DNA of 62,172 nucleotides, counting the filler, from Choristocarpus tenellus KU-1152 (lineage: Eukaryota; Protista; Phaeophyceae), in assembly GCA_964200185.2 (NCBI GenBank). It is 8 parts of 8 records of this genome, joined end to end, with 100 filler letters (N's around TTAATTAATTAA, not from the genome) between each part and the next. Parts side by side here need not be neighbours in the genome. Positions count along the whole stretch, not along the records: positions 14,069 to 26,597 come from CAXNAD020001808.1; 7 more parts are not named here. One strand, written 5' to 3'. Position 1 is the stretch's first letter. Each line of letters starts with the position of its first letter. The position numbers were made by a program, and so were the translations under genes. Shown piece by piece: positions 14,174-26,390 of this stretch. Under the pieces are notes generated by a model. That model did no database searches and was not told the origin of the DNA. It saw only the letters and a program-made list of their open reading frames with translations.

Positions 14174-17100
14174 CCGGTCAAGCAGGAGGCAGAGAGAGCC
14201 GGTGCGCTTGTTGTATCTACGGATGGTGCAGGTGATGTCTTTGACCGAGATGTAAACGATCAGTGTCCTTCATCGAGGTTGATTGAGGAGCCACCAGTGG
14301 GGGGGGGGTCACCGGCACCTCGATTGACCAGGGCGGCCTTGAAAATGGCAGAAGAGAAGGCTGCAGAGGCAGAGGCAGAGGCGGTAGCATGTGAGGAGAA
14401 GGAAGCCGAGGCAGCTTTGCGCCTGAAGGAAGCCATGGCAGCTCATGCGGAGGCGACTAGAATGGCCATGAAAAAGAGGGCAGCAGCAGCTAAGGCGGTA
14501 TCTGTGTTGAGTGCAGCGGCTAAGGCAGCAAGGCAGTGGACTGTTTCGATGATGGAGTCAGCGGTGTTGGTGACAACATTGAATGCAGAGGCTGTGGTGA
14601 AGATGGCAGCTGAGACAGAAGAACAGGTGTGTGAGATGAGGGGTGGACAAGAGCATGAGGTCTTGGGGGCATGATAGAGGTACATGGAGTGATGAAATGG
14701 TCAAACAGGTGTTGGGACATCTTCTCGCCCCCTTTGACGAATTGTTTTGGACCTGGACGGAGCTCACATAGCTGACCCTTACGAATAGCTCAATCCATCA
14801 CGACGTGCGTCTCTGTAGGACTTCACCTCACTGGCGTTATTAACTCCCCCACCTGGTATGTTCTCCCTCCCTTTTTGATTCCCTTCACTGCCCCCCCCCC
14901 CCGGGGATGTTGGAGGTCTACTGTAGTCCAGCATAGTTTTAATGTCTTTGTGTTTGATTTATCTGTTCTTGCCCACTGTTGTAGCTTTTTTTGTTTGTTT
15001 ATTGTTTGTTGTTTTTCGTGTTCGTATTGTGACAGTTGGAAATTATGGTAGAACACCGCCAATAGTTTTGTTGGACAATGGAAAAAGAGCTTTTTGAATT
15101 GCACCTGGATAACTTTGTTGGGGTAGGCTGGAGCTCTGCCGTGGTTTGTTGTGCACACTTTCTAGGCATACACACACGCCCAATTATAGAGACCCCCAAA
15201 GAAGATCGCACTGGATGTCAGGGTAGGCGGCCGAGTATGGTCCTTGCCATGCCCTAAATTGCAACAAAATGATCCATTGAATCTCTCCAATAATCTACAG
15301 GTAGAACCACTCTGATAGGGGGGAAATGTGTTTCGTTTTTTTTTTTTCCTTCAAATACCTAGAGAGATGGAAGTCGAGGGGGGCAATATCACAATGGTGT
15401 GAAGTTCCTGGTATCCACTAGTAAATTTCTACTGATAGCTACTAGTATCTTCTTGGTCATGATCCCGCCCTTTGTGCCCGAAAGAAATGACCTATTCCCA
15501 ATTCTCAGGCTAATACAAGCCGCTAATATCGTGCTCATTCTGCTCAAGGTTGGGAGTCCACTGGAGTGTGGGGACATGGAGTCCTCTCACCAGTCTTGTC
15601 CAGTGCCTGCTGGTGCTATTGCTGATGGAAGTACAGATCATCGTGAAAGTAAAGAGTGCATGGATGATGCCACAGGGACAGAGATGGTAACTGCCACAGT
15701 TGCAGCTTCAGGGGGAGTCGTGTGTGCATCAGGAGACGAGAAGGTTGACGTGAATGATATTGTGGTGCCTGAGGTACACCTGGTAGCAGAGTTTTCAGCA
15801 GGTGGCAAGGAAATGAGTGAGGAGGTGGACAAGGAGGGAGATGATGTGGAAGAAGATATTGTGGACGAGAGTGACGTAGCAGGTGATGCTGACGAAGTAA
15901 TTTCTGCTAATGCAATGGAGAATAGTGCTCCACAAGAGATCTATGGACCAGAAGTAGAGGTAGAGGTAGGTGAGGAAGACATAGAGGTGGCTGATAGTGC
16001 AGAGGACATTGACCTTACGGGGCTTGTTGAACTTGGTGCCTCCAAAATGACTGAAGTCTTGACATTGGAAGAGGAGAAGAAAGGTGGAGAAGAAGTCAGT
16101 ATGGAAGTGGAAAAGGTTGAAGTTAAATTTACCGATGAGGTACATCTTTCGCAATTTGATGCCTTAGCTGGATATAATTACACAGAGCCTGTGGGAACTG
16201 TGGAAAAGGTGGTATCGCCTATGGTAGCTCCTGGTGTCACAGAAACCAGGCAGGATTGGGGGGTGATTGGAGGGGAAGTGATTAGTAATGGAGCTGAAGA
16301 ACGGGAACCTCAAGAAGTACAGGCGAAGGCAGTGGGTCACACAAGGAGTCATTGGGTAAGAGGCCCCGATATGGAAGTAGATTCAACTGCAGTTGGGGGT
16401 GGTGTGGCAAGGGTGATGATGGAGGAAAGTGAAAATGCAGAGCAACAAGGGATTGCTGCTGCCAACAGGAGACTCCTTCTTGTGGAGCATACCACCAATA
16501 TGATATTTGGATCCCTGATTGGGCGGCCGTGGGGGAGGGGGATATCTCATTTGTACCCACTGGGACAAGGGACACCCCCCTGCCCTGAGGTTGCCCCAAC
16601 TACTGAGGCGGTGACTGCAGTAATGCCAGCGGTAGGAAGAGGTTTAGAACGTAGGGTAGAGGAGATGACTGATATCACTCAGAACGTGGTAACTAATCTC
16701 CAACCCGATGGCACTAGGGCAAGGTCAAGTGAAAGAGAGGGTGGAGGGGAGGGAAAGAGTGAGGAAGTAGGGTTTGTGCTAGCTTCTGATGATTCAGAGG
16801 TGAACACTGCAGTGGCGGGGGTGGGGGTGGCAAGTGGAGTGGAGGAGGATGACAATGTCGAAGGAAGTGTAATGCCTTTGCTCTCACAAAGTATCGAGGA
16901 GCCTGGGCAAAAGGTGGAGGAGGGAGGAGAGGGGATAGAAGTGAAAGCAGCAGTGCAAGATGCTACTGTGCAGGGTAGTGCTACTACTGCAGATGCAGAT
17001 TGTTCCGATGAGCATCAAAGAACGGGTTGTATGGTTTCTTTAGCACAGGCAACAGAGGGAGGAGAAACATCATCATACCCAGGAGTTGATGTGACAAGCG

Positions 17101-18704
17101 TGACCCCTCTTGAAGCAGTGAATACAAATGCTGTTGTGGATGGGGGCAATCCAGCAAATGATTCTGTAGGCTCTGACAATAACCTGGAGAAGGGAGAGGA
17201 GGAGGAAGATTCAGAAGAAGTTTTTGACTCTGAGGTTGAGCAGGTGGGAATGGAAGCAGCCAGGAAAAGGCTTCTCAAGGTTGAGCAGACGACTGACCTG
17301 ATATTTTCTTCATTGTTTGCGCGGCCTGGGGTGAAAGGGACAGCCTTAGACCTGTTGGGGGGGGGAACGTTCCCACACCCCGCTGAGGATGTGAGCGTGA
17401 AGGAGGTGATGGAATTGGAGGGTGCAGTGGAGGTGGAGGAGGCGGGTGTAGTCAATGAAAGTACTGCAACTAAACTCCAACCTGGTGGCCCACAGGCTGG
17501 GCCATGTGATGAGGAGGAGACTTCTGACTCTGCACAGGACAGAGCTCTGGGAGGGAAGGTATGTCATAGGGCGGTCCTTGGAGATTGGACTGTCTTGGAG
17601 GATCCATGGTATTTAAACAATGAGTGGTGGTTGCACAGACGATGGGGAGGGGAGGACATCTGTAAGGATTGTGTGCATTTCTTCCAACCAACACGTATTC
17701 CAACGTTGATCGTCGAATTTGAGAGTGCAGGGACTTGAGTCAAGTTGGTTTATTTTGTAAAACTCATTCTGGGCACATCAGACGAATGTGATGAGAGTTG
17801 AGGGAGCTTTGCATGATGTGTTCTGTTCCAGAAATGCTTTATTTTTGCTCCCTCCCCCATGCGCTGCATCCCTTACTCGCCGATATGTTTTGTTAGCTAG
17901 TCGTGGTTAGTTGAGGTCCCGCTTCACAGGCAGGAAGGAGGTAGAGGACATGAAAATGAACAACGTGTGCTTGAAGTATATTCTTGGAAGAAATAAACGA
18001 ATCCTCTTCCTCCTCCCTGAATTGGCCAATGCTCGACCCATTTGTCCTTCAGGGTGATTCAAATGCTGTCACAGGTGGAGAAACCAATGTGGGTGGCTTG
18101 ACGCCTAGCATTGGGCTTGGACAGATTAGGGATGGCAGTGAAAGTAAGGAAGTGGAGGCAGAGGAGGAGGAGAAGGAGAATGACCTCTACGATTTCACAT
18201 CCACCTCAAATCAAAGTGTGGTAGAGGGGAGGGGGCCCAATGGAGGTGGGGTGTTAGCTCTCCCTGGGGGTGCCTCTATGGGGGTGCTCTCAGGGGGAGT
18301 CACTGGAGCTGCAGTTCAGGGGCAAAGGATGGAGTTGCCGCCAATCCCTCCTTTCAAGCAACGAACACCACCTAGACCAAAGCCAAAGGTAAACTTGTGG
18401 GTTGCTGCTAGTGATGGACGAGACTTTAGACTAGACCTTTACCGTTCCAACAAGGAGAACAAAACCACAAGGCCATGGGGGATCTGGGGCCATGGGAAGA
18501 GTACAGACCCAGATATATTCAACTGGAAGGCAGCTGTGGGGTACATAGTGGAGGTGATGTTGCAGTCGATATCTTTGGAAGAGCTCAACACAGCCATGCA
18601 GGTGAGGAATACCTTTTTTTTCTTTGTTTGGGGGTTGGTCTGGCGGGTGGGTAGAACACCGTTGTGGTACCCCAAATTTATCCTCCTTTTCTTTTTTGCC
18701 TTCA

Positions 18705-18747
<43 letters not shown>

Positions 18748-20274
18748 CTTCTTATAGACCTTATTTTGTGACAAGAGTTTGCACACACACGCCCCATCAT
18801 GCCGATGACCCGGTAACTCCTGTTGTTTTTCTCCTCTGCTATCGCGTTTTCATATTTACTTGTATGAGAAAAGGAAAATGCTGCTTCGGGGCGGCCTGTG
18901 CTTCCCCCTGATCTGGTTCGTCGCAGTGATAGAATCAGCAAGGAGGTCCACAACATCCTTCAAAGCAAGGTGACAATAAGGGGTGGAGACGGGTTGGACA
19001 TGATATGACGAGCCACACCTTACACCTTGGGGCAACAACAAGACGAGAAGAAAAAAAAATGTTCTTTAGCGAAAGGGTTAGGGATCTCTATCCGAAAAAC
19101 AAACAACCAACCTTGGTTAGAAATTACCCAACCCGTTGTCCCCTCTTGACAAGCTTTTGCTGATCACTTTGCCTTTGCGAGTCTACCTATCCCCTTGATT
19201 GAAATGAGCTTGGGTGCCCTCCTTGATGCCCCGCTCTCCTGTCCCCGTCCCCGTCCCCATTTACCACGCATGGCTTGGTAGGTGTCGGGACCATTGCCTC
19301 CCCTCAAAGCTCTGAGCAAGCATGTGCTTGTCACTTATGATGCTGTGAATGAAATGCTGTCGGAGCGCAGCAAGTGCATGGTTCGCACTAAACCCTGGGC
19401 TGAGAAGTTGCGTCCCCCCGGGCGGATAATAGCCGTCAATGAAAACTTTCAGTCATTCAATTCCATTAATGAGGCTGCAGGGTTAATCAAAGCCGAGCTG
19501 GAATCAATTGATGGCAGTTGCGAACATGGAGCAGAGCCCAACTACGAGTTGAGGGAGGTACGTCTTAGCGCCAACGCATGTATGTTTTGTACACGACTGT
19601 TGCGTTAGAACCCATACATGGATGAGGAGGTGTTGCATGCTTTTTGTGGGATCAGTGGGGAGTGGGTCTCTGTCTTCTGTGAAGAAAAGGCAATTCTTGG
19701 CAAACATCAAGGGGTTGTTGGCTTCCGTTTTGTGCCATGTGCCAGACTCTTTTTGTCTGATGAATGGAGTCATTGACGTACTGGTATGATCAAGAAGGGG
19801 TTGCAGAAGATCAGTTTGTTTGTGCGGGGGATGTATCTCATGCTTCCAGTCGGGAGTGTTGACCTCCTTTGTGGGTACGTGCTTCTTTGCTTGGTGCTGT
19901 CTGTTGCAGTGGTGCATGGATACTAATGGGTCTGCTTGCCTGGACTCTTGATCTCTACTACAGTTGAATGGCTCTTCAATAGTCAATCCAGTTTGTTTGG
20001 AGTATCGAGTGTACTTTATGCCCTCTGACTTCAGTAACCACAAAGTCTTCCCCCTTTCTCCTGTACCCTCCCCTTGAAGTGCATCCTGGGGCATCGTGAG
20101 GATGACAACCTGAAACGTCACAAGCTTGTACTCAAGCATGATGTCGAGGACAAGCTTTTCTGGGGGCTTATCTGTGATACCACTTTCGAACTACAGCGAA
20201 TATGGCGGCGGAAAGCTATGTACCTTGAAGCTAATCGAGATGAGGGGGTGCCAGAGGAGAATGAGCATATGTAG
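14174..20274 (+). CDS. Large orphan acidic protein, at least 5 exons (14174-14626, 15549-17558, 18053-18601, 19282-19557, 20080-20274), ~1160 aa, N-terminus missing
   Basis: Five ORF-track segments are each bounded by AG/GT sites and all join in phase 0 without a stop until TAG at 20272-20274. The protein has an Ala-rich helical part, a long E/V/G-rich region and a ~230-aa normal-composition C-terminal region. Confidence 0.75.
18707..18744. repeat. (CT)n microsatellite in an intron
   Basis: Direct reading. (CA)n tracts also occur at ~28403, ~30426 and ~38560. Confidence 0.95.
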
Positions 20275-22136
20275 CTTAGAACAGATACTAACAAAAAAAC
20301 ATTTTTACTTCCATAAACTACTTTACAGTGATGGACTTATTTGTTGCTGGTGATGTGTGCAAGAAATGTTTTTGTCGTGAGTGCTTAGTGGTTGCTTGGT
20401 GCAGACATATATCGCCATCTTGTGTTTTGTGATTGTGTTGTGTTCTTGTTTGTGTTCCAGTGTGACTGTTGTGTGTGAGGTGAAGGTGTCTTCTTTTTTT
20501 GTATGCATGCTCATGAGGGTGCTGTAACTGGGGGGTGTTCACTGGCATGGCCCCCTGTCTCTGCCCATGCTGAGCCAGTTGCATGCCATTCTGAAGTGAT
20601 TGTACCTAGTTGACTCTTTTGCTATGTGGGGCCGTTTCATTGTGGTAGGCATGCTCTGCTGGTAGTCAGTACACGAGATGGGTTAGATGATGTTAGACTC
20701 ACTCATAATAGTGCTGGGGGGGCACTTTCTTGTCTTGAACACTGTCTATGGGAATGCTCAACGTATGTTATGTGTTTGTATCTGTTGTTTATTGTAGTTG
20801 TTGAGTGTGCTGTAGAAAATCTGTTTGCTGTATCTGTGGTCCTTGACTGAATGTATGAAATCGATTCGTGACTAGACTTCCCTTTCAGTGCAACTTGGAG
20901 TTTTGTTGATTAGGGTGAGGGCTGTGTGCCCCTTATGTCCTTTTTGCTGGCATGAACATTGAACTACTGATTGCTAGGCATTCCTCTGTGTTAATTTCTT
21001 GTAGCAAAGCACAACTGTGCTTTAATCCAAGTGCCATCATGATCCTTGGATAAGAGTACTGTACTCCCTGTTGCCATAGTAAGGGTATGATAATAGTGAT
21101 AATGAATACAGGACTCACAAAATGATCTGGTATGTGCAAGATTTTTCTGCAAATCCAGTCCATGTTTTCTTGCATCTCTTACGCTGGATTTTTGAGTAAA
21201 GCCATCAAGAATATCATCAACCTTCATTGACAAGTCAAAGCTCGTAAGCTTCAATTGAGTTGCACTGTATTAATACTGCTTGGTTTGCTTACCTTTAAAT
21301 GGATGAAAGGGGGTGTAGTATGCATGTTCGAAACCTCCTGGAAACACTAATACTTCGAAAGCATGCTATTATTATGCACGTGCATCTGTGTGGCAACAAA
21401 TGAGAGGCAAATTGTCCAATTACCAAGATGCCATTGTTGTGTAAGTTGGGTGGTACACAGTGTGTATGATGCATGTTACCAACCTACAGCTACATAATAG
21501 CATGAATGCAGTGTTGTCAAATGAGAGAGTTAGTAGTAGCAGTGATAATAGGAGTATTCCAATCACGTAATTCTAAAATCACATACACACACATACTACT
21601 ACTCCTAATACAGGGAGGCTGAAGAGGGTGTTTATGCAACACTATGTTAATTTTATTTTATACCTGGAGAAATTGGGATGAAACGTATCATTTTTATTGT
21701 ATGTTCAAACCGTCAGATGATGGCCTTTTCCCCTCATCATCTTAATCCTATTCCTGTCCACTTCCTCACTATGTGATCAACACGACCCAGTGGCTGTCGT
21801 CGCCACCCACAGTCAGAGACCCCTACCTATTCTAACTTATCAAAGTGTTGACGACTTAGGGTCTGCTCTGGCTTTCCTGCTTGGGCGTTTGTCAGCATTT
21901 AGAGGGTTATTATTACACTCACTGGTAGTATCAGAAGACTTGCGCCTAGCTTTACGGCCTGGGTACATACAACCATTAACCCTATTTTTCTTGCTTGAAC
22001 CTGACTCGAGTTTGAACAGGCCCCGTTTACGATCCCCTGCCTGATCCTTGGTATTACCGGAACAGCCCACACCTAGCTTACTTCTCGAGTTGATTACTTC
22101 TCGAGTTTGAGACACCCTCTGCAAGTGCGTTAGGGA

Positions 22137-23085
22137 CATGGAAATTCAAGGAGTGGTGCGTCCATCTACGAGTCCCTGGTCCTCACGCTTGTAGTTTAAG
22201 GTGATGGATCGCCTCATTCTTATTGTTACTATAGATCAATAAACCCCTAGTTCGACAGTCTTGGCTTTTGCCGTGTATGGAAGATTGCCTCGATAATTTA
22301 GGAGGTGTATTTGAGTTGTATGGATATTCAATCAGCTGAGTGAAAGTATCTTAGAGGGTACGAGTTTTGCCCTATTTGTCCATTTTGGTGCTTGGCTTCC
22401 CAAGTTTCTTTTTATGACATTTTCCTACTCCAAAATGTTTCGGACTAGGGAATGTATGCGTTATGGAAAAGTTGTTCCGAAACAAGGATATTGACACTTC
22501 CTAACAAACACGATAACCAAAATTACATCAAAATCGCAACATTCATTGGATTTTGGTCCCCAAATGGACGCGGCCGTACCCTCTAAGTTACTTTGGCTCA
22601 GCTTATTGGCAAATTCCAATCACGGATGAGGAACAACATCAGATTTCGCATTCGTTACACCTGACGGTAAATCGGTGTTCCTTTGACTACGGTTTGGAGC
22701 CAGTAATGCACCATGTTCCAGAGGTTCGTGTCTACGACTTTTTCAGCTTTTGGACCCTCGTCAGGGCTCCATGTGTATTCATACGTTGTAGTGTTAGCAT
22801 CTCCCATTTGGGAAAAAATTATTCATTTAATCAAGAGAGTACTATCCACCTCAAAGGTCTTCAGTCTTTCTTGGGGCTCATGAACTTCGTAAGGAAATAT
22901 ATTTCCGATTTAGTATTACAGCGTCGTTAGTCGCCCTCTCTCGTGCCTGCCTGTAAAACAAAAAAGCCTAAGTTGAGTAAACTATGGGACAGAGCAGCAG
23001 GCAGCCTTTGAGGAGTGCAAACTGCTTCTTACCATTGCTCCAGTAGTGTTACACTTTCCCGATATTAATCGTAAAGTTACCATAT
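22137..23085 (+). mobile_element. Ty3/Gypsy LTR retrotransposon pol remnant (RT and connection region)
   Basis: Degenerate motifs in order: GVVRPSTSPWSS, DGSPH..YRSIN, LP.MEDCLDNLGG, DIQSAYWQIP, LQSFLGLMNFVRKYI, EQQAAFEECKLLLTIAPVVLHFPD. Confidence 0.85.
22338..22599. mobile_element. MITE family A, 262 bp, inserted in a Gypsy RT remnant
   Basis: TIRs GAGTGAAAGTATCTTAGAGGGTAC...GTACCCTCTAAGTTACTTTGGCTC with TSD AGCT. Removing the element plus one TSD restores the RT reading DIQSAYWQIP. Confidence 0.93.
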
Positions 23086-23333
23086 CATGCAGCACCACTT
23101 CATGGGCTGTATTTCACGCAATGCACAGCAAATATCTTAACAAATTGGGCATTATTACCTCTTCAATCGTTTGATTTTAGAGTTTAATATAAACCTGGTC
23201 CGTTACACGTCATCCCAGATGTGTTATCTTGAGCATTAATGATGCGCAGAGCGTGAGGAGTCTCACCCTTAGTTGACTACAATTTGTCGTAATGTCTCAC
23301 AAACTGATAATACCAAGTTTCAGTGTTCAGCTC

Positions 23334-24080
23334 CTAAAAGTAACTCCTCCTGCGTTCAAACTCTCTGTAGATGGGTTGGGTGAAGTCATCCAAGTCCAGA
23401 GAGTGACGGAGAGTTGCTTACTTAGACAATTTAATGTGTCCCCAGTAGTAGTAGATTCGAGGATATTCACCTGACACGGTTATGTCGCCTTCTGGAAAAA
23501 CAAAATATATGATGTACTATTTTGTTCAACGTGATGGACAGTCTTTGTTATATACAAATCATACCAGCCTGGTCATTTGCATAAAATTGGAGGCCTTCAT
23601 TCTCCATGTCTCCCAGCTAATACAATGATGAACTTTCAGTCCTCCTAGTTCTTCCCTCGAGCTCCCACATACCCAGGAAGAGCTTCCCTCCAAACATGCA
23701 CAAAAAAAAACGTTCACATAATGGAAGTAACTCCTCTTCTTGGTAATGTAGTTAAACTGGTTCCAGATGAAAACAGACCAAACGTGTGTATACATTCTTC
23801 AAAGAATTACAATATGAAAATATTGCGGTTAAAACTAGTGCGGTTTGGCCATGCGAACACTGCTCAATAACATATACTCCGGAGTAAAAAATACATACAG
23901 TTCCGACTTTAACCTTCAAATAAATTCTAGAATATCCACATGTATGTCCTACTCACTTGGAAACAGGTGGTCGAGTATATCATTGACCATTTTATCGCTG
24001 GACTCTTTTCAACCAAGCATCCCCATCTCGTCTTGGGTTTACAGCATTTCCATGATCATATTCCATACAATATGCTCCAC
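23334..24080 (-). pseudogene. Three-exon pseudogene fragment of unknown protein (24080-23957, 23687-23565, 23491-23334)
   Basis: AG/GT-bounded, phase-compatible segments read GAYCMEYDHGNAVNPRRDGDAWLKR...RPPVSKEALPGYVGARGKN*ED*KFIIVLA/GDMENEGLQFYANDQAEGDITVSGEYPRIYYYWGHIKL, with several in-frame stops and one frameshift. Confidence 0.4.
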
Positions 24081-25718
24081 CTTCAACAAGTTAGTTTTGG
24101 TGGTATTCATGGAACACGAAAAAAGTCATGCATAATAGTAGACCTATACAACGCATTACCACTCTGTGTTTACTGTGTTTGTGTGCACAGTCCGATGTTT
24201 CTTAAACCTGATGTAAAAAAAAAATCGTCCATCGATCCCTTTTTGACATTTTGTAGACGTTCTCATTGAGAGGGAAGAAATATAAGAGAGAATATAACAG
24301 TTACCACACGACAGCAGCTATCATATAAATTAAAAAAATAAACACCCCTAATCTAAGGTTCATCCTAGATGCATGTGAACAATACTCAAAAGTATGCATT
24401 GCTCGATCTTTGCTCACAAAATGGCCAAGTGAAGTCTCCTGTTCATTATTGTGTGTCCTACTTTAGGATCAATCGCAGCCTTCGCAAAGATGTATGATCA
24501 TTTCTATCATAGTACGATATTACTTAGTTAGGGTTGCACATATTGATGCTTCACCGGTCCAATCTAGGCTTGCTCTTCCAAATAGCAACAGCTTCCTTCA
24601 ACACATGTAAGGACTAGCACTGCCTAGGGGCGTGGACCAGGTCACTACAAGTAATCTGATATTTGCCTCACACCTACTCCAGATTTTAACAAATACAAAC
24701 AAACAACAACAACAGTTATCCTCTGTAAGGCCAACTTTTGACCGACAATGAGAAGAACCCCCAGTACATGCACATCATATTTATACATTAGTGTTTCCTG
24801 TCCTTAAATTAATAGCGAACTTTGTAAACCGATTAGAAGAGAGACTACTTGCAGCATGTATCTCTCTACATTTGAGCCAAGAACAAGAGTAGGAAACAAC
24901 TATAAATGTTCACCATATACATAACTAGAAACAGTCCCTGGGAGATTAAAGAAGCATTCAAGTATTCAAGCAAGTGACGTTGGGTTTTGTCATCCTAGCG
25001 AATAAAGGGTATTACTTAATACTGTGGGGTTCAGTCGTCCCCTCAAGTTGATAGCCTCTACTACTAGTAACCCACCTACTCTGAGCAAAGCACGTACTTT
25101 ATCCTGGTGACCTTTCACTAAGAGCATGCCATCCATTGTTTAATCTCTCAATTGACGATGCTGTAGAGAATCAGATTCTGTTGACCAACGATCCTGCAAG
25201 CTCTTCTTTCCAGTGGATAGGTACTTTTTGAACACAATCAACAGCCTGCCCGATGTAATACTTTTAGACAATGAAACTAATACAGTATCATCCCCTAGTT
25301 CCCTTTTACCAAATCAGGACCCCTAGAAACCACTTACTTGCTATGGTCTTACAGGCAGGTTGAGCTCAGCCCTTTCACTACACGCAGTGCTATGAGGGTT
25401 TAGTCATTGTCACATGAACCTTGAAACACTTCCTCTACAAGACACATTACTCTCTGTTCCTCATTACGTTTTTCTCGAATACTCCACACAACAAAGAAAG
25501 CTGTATGCACCACAACATTGGTGTTGGGGCATTACAATCGCAAATAGAAGATTCAAAATCCTGTCTTTGACAGCCGAAACCTTCCTCTGCTAATTAAACC
25601 CATTTCCCCCTCCCCAGGCAACAGATCAGGTAACTGCTATGGAGTACTTCTGAAGGGAGTACAGTGAATATATAACGAATTAGTTTACAAAATAACACAC
25701 ACAAATATACTCAAGCAA

Positions 25719-26390
25719 CCTGATTCTTCCTTTGGCGTCATGGCCTACTACAGGCTTATTCCCGCGAAGGAGACCGCAACTCCCTCCTGGGACTCCGGGA
25801 TGATATCCAAACCTGATATATCAATCATCTATGCGACTATTTCAGCCTTGTAAGCACTACGAAGTGCATATTTAAAGATGGGAAGCTGGATAGCACTATC
25901 CTAGAAACTCTGCCGAGGGATGATTTAGTCATTCCTTATCAGGAGTGTGACAATCCGGTCCATGAACCTAATCTTGAGTCCACCAACTCTTTTCCCGGAA
26001 CACACACATACAAACTTTGTAGAGCTTCACAACCTAAAGAAGGCCGGATTATAGTTAATAGTACTAATAGCACAACGTCAAACCTCGTTGAAAACGCAAC
26101 GTACTTAAGCACACATTTTCAAGCATGCAGGGGAGAAAGAGTTGGTGGACTCAATATTAGGCTGACGGACTGGGCACACGTGGTCAAGAATGACCGGATC
26201 ATCCCTTTGCAAGGATAGTGCCACCCAGCTTCCTACCCTTGCATGTGAGCACTTCACAGTGCTCATGACAGAAATAGCTTTAGAGATGCTTGATTATTTT
26301 TGGATGAAATAATGTTGGGATCCCAGCAGGGAGTTGCTGTCTCCTCTGCTGGAGGAAGCCTGTTCGCCATGAAGCCAGAGAAAGAATCAG
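25719..26390. repeat. Diverged long inverted repeat (arms ~25719-25996 and ~26131-26390)
   Basis: TTGAGTCCACCAACTCTTT pairs with AAAGAGTTGGTGGACTCAA, GCACTATCC with GGATAGTGC, and CCTGATTCTT with AAGAATCAGG, all colinear. Confidence 0.85.

Noticed and set aside
15399-15548. Signal-peptide-like N-terminus of the 779-aa ORF
   Set aside because: The start codon is GTG and the segment lies before the AG acceptor at 15548, so it is most likely intronic read-through.
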